Part shown: piece after piece, positions 25,060-32,000 of the stretch
How the letters are laid out: every line of letters begins with the position of its first letter
Numbering within the stretch: position 1 is the first letter of the stretch
Source: Lewinella sp. LCG006
Lineage (GTDB): Bacteria > Bacteroidota > Bacteroidia > Chitinophagales > Saprospiraceae
Direction of reading: 5' to 3'
DNA length: 32,000 bases
NCBI RefSeq assembly: GCF_040784935.1
Contig: NZ_CP160680.1
Location: forward strand, 4,723,802 to 4,755,801
Made by a program: the position numbers and the translations under genes
The notes under the pieces: generated by a model
What the model saw: the letters and a program-made list of their open reading frames with translations, nothing else
Database searches by the model: none
Told to the model about the DNA's origin: nothing

Positions 25060-27141
25060 CTACGGCGTAAGCTCAGCAGCCACCACCGGCAAGTTCACCC
25101 TAAATACCGTCCCTTCTCCCAGTACCGTTTCGAAATCAATCGTCCCTTCCGCTTGCTCAACGATGGCTTTGCACATGGCGAGGCCCAGGCCCATACCAGA
25201 GGATTTGGTGGTGAAATTGGGTTGGAAAATTTTCGGCTGAATGTGCTGCGGGATGCCTGTGCCGTTATCCGTTATTGTCAATTGGTAAAAACCATCGGAA
25301 GAAGCTTCCAAACGAATAGCAATACGAGGTGCTTTTTGCTCATGCAGCGCCTGGTCGGCATTGCGAATCAGGTTGTTCAGTACCCTGAGTAATTGGTCCC
25401 TGTCGGCATGCACCCAGGTGGGCGTTTCGGGAAGTTCCAGCGTAAGCTGTCCGCTGGCCTTACCAGCCACGTGCAGGTCGTAGGCGGACTGAACCAGGGT
25501 ACGCAGATCAAACGTGATTGCATTGGCCTCTGGCAGCCGCGCAAAACTGCTGAATTCCGTTGCGATAAGCGCCAAACCATCAATCTGCTCAATGATGGAA
25601 CTGGCGACTCTTTTGCTCCATTCCCGCGCCCTTTCGGGATCTTCTTTCTCCAGTCGCAAAAGTTGTTGCAATTGAAGTTTCATAGGCGTAAGCGGATTCT
25701 TGATTTCGTGCGCCACCTGTTTGGCCATTTCCCGCCAGGCACTTTCTCGTTCGGTGGCGGCGAGCTTGGCTGCACTTTTGTCGAGATCGACAATCATTTG
25801 GTTGTAGTTGGCGACTAATTTTCCGATCTCATCTTCCCGCGACCATTGCAGGGGCTCGTTGTTTTGTAGTCGGGTGTCGCCCAGTTTTTTGCCGATTTGC
25901 ACAATGGGGTCGCTGATGCTGTTGGCCAGAAATATACCCAAAGCGCCGGCAATCAGTAAAAGGAAGACGTATAGACTCAGCAGTTGCTCCAACCAGCTGC
26001 TCAAAAAAGCGGGCTCGTCTTTGAAAAAATCAACGGTAAACCATCCTACGAGCAGCAGTGCTACCAAAGCTAAAACAAAGAAAGACAACTGCACCCTTAC
26101 TTTCAGCGAGCTGGGCCCGAAGAGGGGCAGTAGCCATTTTTCCAAAGGATAACCCAGCCACCAGGCAAAGCCACGCAGACAAAGGCAATAGGTAAGTCCG
26201 AAAAGGAAAAGTACCGAAGTGAGGGCCAATGGAGGGCGGAACCCTGCCACTTTTCTGCCAACGACGACGTAATCTTCCCCATTTTGTTGGCGATAGACCC
26301 AGTCGTTTCTTTCGCCAGTACTGTAGGCACTACCGGTTCCTGGCGGGATATTGAGCAATTTCTCCGATAATAATCCCGGTGCAGAAAAGGTAGAGAGGGT
26401 ATCCCATTGAAACTCCAGGTGATATTGTCGGGTAGTGTCAGGGATACCATTTCGAGCGATATCCTGCGCAATGGTTTGATGGGTCTGTTGGTCAATCACC
26501 AAGCTGCGCTGGTAGGAAAAGGCAGCTATAAGGAAACTGATCAGGAGCAACCATACCAATAGCCAGGTCATACTTGTCCGTTCGTTTTCCAGGTAGATGT
26601 CGAGACTAAATAGATAGATGATCAGACTCAGAAAAAGCGGTAAAAAATGTAGCTCCAACCAAGGGAGATATGCCAATAAGGCGATGGAAAAGCCATAGCC
26701 CAGCAAGAGCAATAAACGAATACGTCGATCGGGGAAATACGCTTGTAAAAGTTGCATTTGGCGTAAGCTCATGAGCCAGCAACCAAGGGCTAGCGGCACC
26801 AGCGAAAGCATGCTCCCCCAAACGGTTAAAGGTAAATCAGTGAGGTGGAGAAAACCTCGCCAACCCATAGCCGAGCGGGTTAGGAGTTGGGTGGCAATGA
26901 GTACGGCTAGCAGCGAGCCTCCCGCTAGAAATCCTGGGAGTATTTGTGTCCCCATTTGTTGTAGGGGAGCAATAGGCTGATCGAGGCGAGGGATACTGCC
27001 TGAACCAAGGAAATGACCGAATACCCAAAACAACGCAGGGAGGTATTGACCAGTGAGCAGATAACTCCCAAGTGCTCCAAGTAGGATGATGGACCAGGAT
27101 AAAAGGAACCGATTTGTTGCTGACCTCAAGGGAAGCCCCAT
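25060..27141 (-). CDS. polytopic membrane sensor histidine kinase (about 10 or more TM segments + HAMP + HisKA + HATPase_c), NtrY-like H-box, 693 aa
   Basis: A long hydrophobic N-terminal half with many predicted helices is followed by the HAMP-like SDPIVQIGKKLGD..EDEIGKLVANYNQMIVDL. The H-box is VAHEIKNPLTPMKLQLQQL, the N-box is LNNLIRNADQAL, and the G-boxes are TDNGTGIP and GMGLGLAMCKAIV. Confidence 0.9.
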   Translation of the reverse strand: MGLPLRSATNRFLLSWSIILLGALGSYLLTGQYLPALFWVFGHFLGSGSIPRLDQPIAPLQQMGTQILPGFLAGGSLLAVLIATQLLTRSAMGWRGFLHLTDLPLTVWGSMLSLVPLALGCWLMSLRQMQLLQAYFPDRRIRLLLLLGYGFSIALLAYLPWLELHFLPLFLSLIIYLFSLDIYLENERTSMTWLLVWLLLISFLIAAFSYQRSLVIDQQTHQTIAQDIARNGIPDTTRQYHLEFQWDTLSTFSAPGLLSEKLLNIPPGTGSAYSTGERNDWVYRQQNGEDYVVVGRKVAGFRPPLALTSVLFLFGLTYCLCLRGFAWWLGYPLEKWLLPLFGPSSLKVRVQLSFFVLALVALLLVGWFTVDFFKDEPAFLSSWLEQLLSLYVFLLLIAGALGIFLANSISDPIVQIGKKLGDTRLQNNEPLQWSREDEIGKLVANYNQMIVDLDKSAAKLAATERESAWREMAKQVAHEIKNPLTPMKLQLQQLLRLEKEDPERAREWSKRVASSIIEQIDGLALIATEFSSFARLPEANAITFDLRTLVQSAYDLHVAGKASGQLTLELPETPTWVHADRDQLLRVLNNLIRNADQALHEQKAPRIAIRLEASSDGFYQLTITDNGTGIPQHIQPKIFQPNFTTKSSGMGLGLAMCKAIVEQAEGTIDFETVLGEGTVFRVNLPVVAAELTP

Positions 27142-27258
27142 AAGGAGAATGGATTGATTAGGATGGTGTACGAAATATCGTTGATTTTGTTGGATTTACT
27201 TGCGTAATATTAGCGAATAGCACACTTTTTACACGAGCAAAGTTATTATCTTTCGCTT

Positions 27259-28005
27259 ATGTTGACAGCAATAATCATCGAAGACCAGCCGGCAGCTGAA
27301 AAGCAATTGCGGCAATATTTACAAACACATTGCCCGGAGGTAGAGGTTTTGGCTGCTGCCGATACGGTTGTCCAAGGAGCCAAAGTCCTGCGGCAGCTTC
27401 AACCTGATCTCCTCTTTTTGGACATCGAACTGCCCGATGGTAGCGGTTTTGACCTGCTTGATATTGTGGGCGATTGGCCTGGGAATGTCATTTTTACGAC
27501 GGGCCTCAACGACCAGGCTATTCGCGCTTTTCGATATGCCGCCATTGACTATCTTTTGAAACCTATCGATCCTGATTTGCTGAAAGAAGCGATAGCCAAG
27601 GCAGAACAACAACTGGGGCGGCAACATCCTCAACGTCAGTTGCTTAAGCTGGCGGGGCAGTCTGGGCCTGCATTACCCCAAAGGTTGGCACTACACGCGC
27701 AGGATCGTATTCAGTTGGTAGAAATTAAAGAAATTATCCGGCTGGAAGCCGAAAGTAATTATACCAATTTTCACCTTGCTAATCAAAAGCCTATTCTGGT
27801 CGGGAAGACCATGAAGAGCTTTACCGATCTGCTAGAGGAACACGATTTCCTCCGGGTGCATCAATCTCATCTGGTAAATCCACGCTTTATTACCGATTTT
27901 ATCAAAACGGATGGAGGATACCTGCAATTGAGCGAGGGCACCAAAATTCCAGTGAGTGTAAGGCGTAAAGCACTGGTGATGGATTATATCGCAAAATTGG
28001 GATAG
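27259..28005 (+). CDS. LytR/AlgR-family response regulator (receiver + LytTR DNA-binding domain), 248 aa
   Basis: Receiver motifs IIIEDQP, phospho-acceptor LLFLDIELPDGSGF, and YLLKP. The LytTR domain reads IQLVEIKEIIRLEAESNYTNFHL..FLRVHQSHLVNPRFI..IPVSVRRK. Confidence 0.9.
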   Translation: MLTAIIIEDQPAAEKQLRQYLQTHCPEVEVLAAADTVVQGAKVLRQLQPDLLFLDIELPDGSGFDLLDIVGDWPGNVIFTTGLNDQAIRAFRYAAIDYLLKPIDPDLLKEAIAKAEQQLGRQHPQRQLLKLAGQSGPALPQRLALHAQDRIQLVEIKEIIRLEAESNYTNFHLANQKPILVGKTMKSFTDLLEEHDFLRVHQSHLVNPRFITDFIKTDGGYLQLSEGTKIPVSVRRKALVMDYIAKLG

Positions 28006-28092
28006 CCATCTATTTCTGAAATTATTATTACGCACTGAATTTTCATTCCTTAAGCGAAAGCTTGATCTTTAGGGCCACAAAAAAAGGAAACT

Positions 28093-29319
28093 ATGCTAAA
28101 AGCTATTTTTTGGACCATATTGATGGTGGTCACTGTAGGCGTTGGTGCGCAAGTGAATATCCCCTTGCAGCAAGCTCAAGTGGATGTGGTTTACCTGGCT
28201 TCTGATTACCTGGAAGGTCGGGAGACAGGCTTGAAAGGGGAGCGCTTGGCGGCTGAGTACATCGCCTGGCGGTTTGCCCAAATAGGGCTAACGCCTAAAG
28301 GGGATAATGGTAGTTGGTACCATGAGTTTGAGCTGACCTACAAGTCCAACCCACATGCAGAAACAGGGGAGGAAAGACTTGGTCGAAATGTGGTTGGCTA
28401 CCTTGACAACGGAGCTGAAAATACCATTGTTATCGGAGCCCATTACGATCACCTCGGCTATGGTGAGTTTGGTTCCTTACACGCTGGAGAGCCTGCTATC
28501 CATAATGGTGCAGATGACAATGCCAGCGGTATCGCTGCGCTTCTCTACCTGGCAAGCAAGCTAAAAGACAACAGTGCAGCAGGGAATAACAATTACCTCT
28601 TTATGGGCTTTTCTGGTGAAGAGCTGGGATTGGTAGGTTCTAAGAAATGGGTGGCAGCTCCGACCATTGACCTTGGTACAGTCAATTATATGCTTAACAT
28701 GGACATGGTGGGCCGCTTGAATGACGAGAAAGTCATGGTGGTCAACGGTGTGGGAACGTCACCTGCGTTTACCCCTGCTTTAGAAAAAGTGAAAGTTGGC
28801 GGGATCAGTATCAAAACCACTGAATCAGGGGTGGGAGCGTCTGATCACACTTCTTTCTATTTGCAAAACATTCCTGTATTGCACTTTTTTTCCGGTCAGC
28901 ACAGTGATTATCACAAACCTGCTGATGATCCAGCGACCATCAATTACCCGGGCATCTTGTCTATCAGTGATTACATGCTGGCCTTGATCGAAAAACTGGA
29001 CAACGAGGGCCGCTTAGAATTTACCGAAACGAAGAACGAAGACAATGGCCGTACTGCTGCCAGCTTCAAAGTAACCTTGGGTGTTATGCCCGATTATGTC
29101 TACGGTGGTACCGGAATGCGCATCGATAGCGCAATTGAAGGCCGCCCTGGACAGGTAGCAGGCTTGAAGGGCGGTGATGTTATTCTCCAAATCGGAGAAG
29201 TTGCCGTAAAAGACATTTATGACTACATGGATGGCTTGGCTAAGTTCAAGAAGGGCGAATCAACTACCGTTAAGTTCCTCCGTGGCGAGGAAGAAATGGA
29301 AGTAGAGGTGACGTTTTGA
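28093..29319 (+). CDS. secreted M28-family metallo-aminopeptidase with a C-terminal PDZ domain, 408 aa
   Basis: Signal peptide MLKAIFWTILMVVTVGVGAQ. M28 zinc and catalytic motifs are IGAHYDHLG, NGADDNASGIAALL, FSGEELGLVGSK, NMDMVG, SDHTSFY and DYHKPADD. The PDZ-like tail reads GMRIDSAIEGRPGQVAGLKGGDVILQIGEVAVKDIYDY. Confidence 0.9.
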   Translation: MLKAIFWTILMVVTVGVGAQVNIPLQQAQVDVVYLASDYLEGRETGLKGERLAAEYIAWRFAQIGLTPKGDNGSWYHEFELTYKSNPHAETGEERLGRNVVGYLDNGAENTIVIGAHYDHLGYGEFGSLHAGEPAIHNGADDNASGIAALLYLASKLKDNSAAGNNNYLFMGFSGEELGLVGSKKWVAAPTIDLGTVNYMLNMDMVGRLNDEKVMVVNGVGTSPAFTPALEKVKVGGISIKTTESGVGASDHTSFYLQNIPVLHFFSGQHSDYHKPADDPATINYPGILSISDYMLALIEKLDNEGRLEFTETKNEDNGRTAASFKVTLGVMPDYVYGGTGMRIDSAIEGRPGQVAGLKGGDVILQIGEVAVKDIYDYMDGLAKFKKGESTTVKFLRGEEEMEVEVTF

Positions 29320-29333
29320 TTTTTTTTTACCAT

Positions 29334-29372
29334 ATATGAGCCACAAAGCTTTTATTTCTATGTGGCTCATAT
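29334..29372. terminator. hairpin between convergent genes (possible bidirectional terminator, no clear U-tract)
   Basis: A 12-bp perfect stem, ATATGAGCCACA (29334..29345) with TGTGGCTCATAT (29361..29372), closes a 15-nt loop. It lies between the stop at 29319 (+) and the stop at 29384 (-). Confidence 0.5.
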
Positions 29373-29383
29373 GTGGTGAAAAA

Positions 29384-30388
29384 TTAAAACCCATTCACCC
29401 CATTAACAGTAGTATACTTAAAACTCAACTTCTGATCGGGGTAGATGTATTTGAATGCCGACTGTACGGCCAGCGTTCCTTCGTGAAAACCACAGAGAAT
29501 AAGCTTCAATTTGCCAGGGTAGGTGTTGATATCACCAACGGCATAAATTCCCGGAACACCGGTACTATAATCCTCCGTATTGACTACGATAGCATTCTTG
29601 TCAATGGTCAGCCCCCAGTCGCCAATTGGACCAATTTTAGGAGACAAACCAAATAAGGGGATGAAGTGATCAGTAGCTTTGATCAATTCACCCTGCTCTT
29701 TATGATTGATGACAACATCGGTGAGCTGACCATTTCCGCGTAACCCTATGGCTTGCGCATTGGTAAGCAAAGAAATTTTTCCGGCTTGAGCCAAATCATG
29801 AACTTTTTCTACACTGTCCAGTGCGCCGCGAAATTCGGTGCGGCGGTGGATAAGGGTCACTTCCTGAGCAACATCCGCTAGAAAGATGGTCCAATCAAGG
29901 GCCGAATCTCCACCTCCTGCTATCACTACCCGTTTGTTGCGGTAGAGTTCTGGATCCCGGATGATGTATTCTACCCCTTTGTCTTCAAACAACTCCAGGT
30001 TTTCCATGGGCGGCTTGCGAGGCTCAAAAGAGCCTAGACCACCTGCGATGGTAATGACGGGAGCTTCAATTTGGGTACCTCTACTGGTCGTAACCCGGTA
30101 CATTTTATCTCCAATTTTTTCAATCTTCTCGGCACGTTCTCCCAGGGTAAAGCCTGGTTTGAAAGGCGCGATCTGTTCCATCAGGTTATCGACCAACTCC
30201 CCTGCTAAAATGGAGGGGAAGCCAGGAATATCGTAGATGGGCTTTTTAGGGTAAATTTCTGATAGTTGCCCGCCTACCTGAGGCAAAGCATCTACCAAGT
30301 GGCATTTCATTTTCAGCAATCCGGCTTCAAAAACGGTAAATAAACCCACGGGGCCGGCACCTATAATAAGTATGTCTGTCTTAATCAT
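29384..30388 (-). CDS. thioredoxin-reductase-like ferredoxin-NADP+ reductase (YumC-type NAD(P)/FAD oxidoreductase), 334 aa from ATG 30388
   Basis: FAD motif DILIIGAGPVGLF, then PQVGGQLSEIYPKKPIYDIPGFP, NADPH motif VVIAGGGDSALDW, and the C-terminal IYAVGDI..GFHEG. I prefer the internal ATG at 30388 (MIKTDILIIGAG) because the 32 upstream codons in the track ORF have no counterpart in this family. Confidence 0.85.
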   Translation of the reverse strand: MIKTDILIIGAGPVGLFTVFEAGLLKMKCHLVDALPQVGGQLSEIYPKKPIYDIPGFPSILAGELVDNLMEQIAPFKPGFTLGERAEKIEKIGDKMYRVTTSRGTQIEAPVITIAGGLGSFEPRKPPMENLELFEDKGVEYIIRDPELYRNKRVVIAGGGDSALDWTIFLADVAQEVTLIHRRTEFRGALDSVEKVHDLAQAGKISLLTNAQAIGLRGNGQLTDVVINHKEQGELIKATDHFIPLFGLSPKIGPIGDWGLTIDKNAIVVNTEDYSTGVPGIYAVGDINTYPGKLKLILCGFHEGTLAVQSAFKYIYPDQKLSFKYTTVNGVNGF

Positions 30389-30507
30389 TCCTTCTACTTT
30401 GGGGGGCAAAGGTACACAGTACTTGACCTTTCTACGTAATGAGGCCGTAAAATTAGTTGTTGGAAGTTGTTCTAATAGTGACAATTATTACTCTTTCATA
30501 ATGAAAA

Positions 30508-30539
30508 AAGCCGCCCCCGTGAATTTACAGGGGCGGCTT
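30508..30539 (-). terminator. intrinsic terminator of the 30569..>32000 gene
   Basis: A 10-bp GC-rich stem, AAGCCGCCCC (30508..30517) with GGGGCGGCTT (30530..30539), is followed on the minus strand by TTTTTTCAT. It starts 30 nt downstream of the stop codon. Confidence 0.8.
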
Positions 30540-30568
30540 CGGTACTTCTTTTCTAAGAAGTGGTGGTA

Positions 30569-32000
30569 TTATTTCCGCTTAATCACTTTCATGGTGCGGA
30601 TATCCGTTTCACCAAGACGCAAGCGTACCAGGTAGGCACCTGCAGGGTAGTTGCGGAAATCAAGCTGCAATTGCTGCTGACCATTCGTAACTTCCACACT
30701 GGCCATTTTCTTGCCACTTACCGCAAAGATTTCCAAAAGGACATCCTGCGCGTCGAAGGTTTCAAAGATTTCCAGGTTCAGTACATCCTCTACCGGGTTG
30801 GGGTAAAGCATGGCAATCTTGGAATCTGTATAAAGCACCACTTCTTCCGTATTGGAATAAACGGTGTTGTTCAATTCATCGGCTACTTCTACACGGTAGT
30901 AGTTGAGACCTCGCTTAGGAGCCTGGCTGTAATGCTCGAAATAAGCAACGCCATTCTGTTGGCGAACAGGTTCAGTAACCGTGGCTATACGCTCAAAGTC
31001 GACTCCATTGTTAGAGTGTTCTACATGGTACTGCAAACCAGGAGTATTGGTGTTCATTTCCCAGGAGACCATGATGTCGCCTGCGTCAGGGTTCATTACT
31101 TCTGTATCAATCACCAATCCTTGGTCACAAACCGTTGGTGAGGTCGTCATCGTAATGGTCTTGTAAGCGTAGGCTGTACAACCATCATAGGTTACAATCA
31201 ATTCCACTTGGAAAATACCGATGTTACTCCAGGTGACCGTGGCGCTAGTACCATTTACGGTAGAAGGCGTTGCTCCTCCGGTAAAGTTCCAGGTAACTTG
31301 TGAACCAGGTTGTACATCTTCCGCTACAAAAGTTGTAGGTTCATTGTAGCATACCAGATTAGGACCATTAATGATCGCTTCGGTTTCGTCACCTACTTCA
31401 ACAACCAGGATGTTGGATTCCAGGAATGGTCCACAATCCTCGGTACGTGCACAACGCGCGAAGTAGGTCGTGTAGAACAGCGGACCTGCATCGTAGGTAG
31501 GAGAATTAGAGTTAGGAATTGGCGTCCAGTACTGAATAGGGGTACCAGGTAAACCATTGGTATACATCCACATATACTCCACAGGGCCATCACCACCGGT
31601 AGGTTCTGCCAGGCTGACGAATGGTTCCGGATCATTACCTGGAGCACATAGGTACTGGTTGTAACCAATGGCACCAGGGTAAGTGATATTCACACACTCA
31701 GGGCAAAGACCATAGTCGAAGCTGAGGTTCGTTTCGTACGCATCAAGATGGAAAAAGTCCGTCATTAACGTTAACGGATTTACATCACTGTCCACTTCAT
31801 CATTGTTCCCTTGGTTAGGAGCCGTTGGCTCATAGCCAGGTACTGCGCCAAAGGTGAGCTTATAGTTACCAGGAGGCACCATAAAGCTGTAGTTGCCATT
31901 GGCGTCCGTAAAGGTGGTCATGTTTACGTTAGGATCCAGGAATTCGGCGGTACCCGTAATGGTAACTTCAACGCCGGGAATGCCAGGTTCGTTACCTCCT
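30569..32000 (-). CDS. secreted T9SS cargo protein, 5'-truncated by the window edge (SdrD-B/CarboxypepD_reg-like + PKD-like modules + T9SS CTD)
   Basis: The reading frame stays open from 31921 to the window end: ..GIPGVEVTITGTAEFLDPNVNMTTFTDANGNYSF is a carboxypeptidase-regulatory/SdrD-B-like strand pattern. The Met at 31921 is therefore internal. The C-terminus LYPNPVEDVLNLEIF..GAYLVRLRLGETDIRTMKVIKRK is a T9SS CTD. Confidence 0.85.
   Translation of the reverse strand, partial: GGNEPGIPGVEVTITGTAEFLDPNVNMTTFTDANGNYSFMVPPGNYKLTFGAVPGYEPTAPNQGNNDEVDSDVNPLTLMTDFFHLDAYETNLSFDYGLCPECVNITYPGAIGYNQYLCAPGNDPEPFVSLAEPTGGDGPVEYMWMYTNGLPGTPIQYWTPIPNSNSPTYDAGPLFYTTYFARCARTEDCGPFLESNILVVEVGDETEAIINGPNLVCYNEPTTFVAEDVQPGSQVTWNFTGGATPSTVNGTSATVTWSNIGIFQVELIVTYDGCTAYAYKTITMTTSPTVCDQGLVIDTEVMNPDAGDIMVSWEMNTNTPGLQYHVEHSNNGVDFERIATVTEPVRQQNGVAYFEHYSQAPKRGLNYYRVEVADELNNTVYSNTEEVVLYTDSKIAMLYPNPVEDVLNLEIFETFDAQDVLLEIFAVSGKKMASVEVTNGQQQLQLDFRNYPAGAYLVRLRLGETDIRTMKVIKRK

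Noticed and set aside
27151-27200. TTGATT(A/T) and GGATT repeats in the HK/LytTR divergent region as possible LytTR boxes
   Set aside because: The motifs are short and AT-rich, their spacing (27 nt) does not fit the classical 9-bp repeat with a 12-nt spacer, and they are indistinguishable from chance in AT-rich promoter DNA.
29336-29656. 106-aa plus-strand ORF overlapping the 3' end of the reductase gene
   Set aside because: It starts inside the inter-gene hairpin and runs antisense to a well-supported gene. It has no recognisable motif.

Overview
This 32-kb chromosomal window most likely comes from a member of the Bacteroidota. Five intact ORFs and one gene remnant end in the T9SS C-terminal sorting domain, and several genes are preceded by exact TAnnTTTG -7 boxes; a finer taxonomic call cannot be made from the sequence alone. 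I support 18 protein genes:
- Five secreted T9SS cargo proteins (1735..4590, 7157..8506, 18469..20058, 20774..24091, 30569..>32000).
- Two two-component pairs: a co-oriented HK plus OmpR-type RR at 8725..10899, and a polytopic HK at 25060..27141 divergent from a LytTR RR at 27259..28005.
- A CrtD/CrtI-family desaturase, a DOMON protein, a DinB-family protein, an M28 peptidase with a PDZ tail, and a TrxR-like ferredoxin-NADP reductase.
- Two hypothetical proteins (170..1570, 11192..12793).
- A 1015-aa three-domain fusion: hydroxylysine-kinase-like APH domain, intact M23 core, and AGXT2L-type PLP phospho-lyase.

I found no canonical defence system, CRISPR array, rRNA or tRNA. The most unusual part is the accessory tract 15.9-20.8 kb, which contains:
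- A complete IS1182-family element (16000..17905) with perfect 17-bp IRs, inserted into a degenerate repeat.
- A 312-bp MITE-like foldback element (18113..18424) with 15-bp perfect TIRs, two nested 13-bp IR pairs and an 8-bp flanking duplication.
- A 41-codon remnant of a T9SS cargo gene.
- A cluster of GCAGGG..CCCTGC hairpins, including a 29-nt tandem pair inside an 8-bp closing stem, upstream of the 1105-aa cargo gene.

Every functional call rests on motifs I recognised by eye in the translations; no database search was run.
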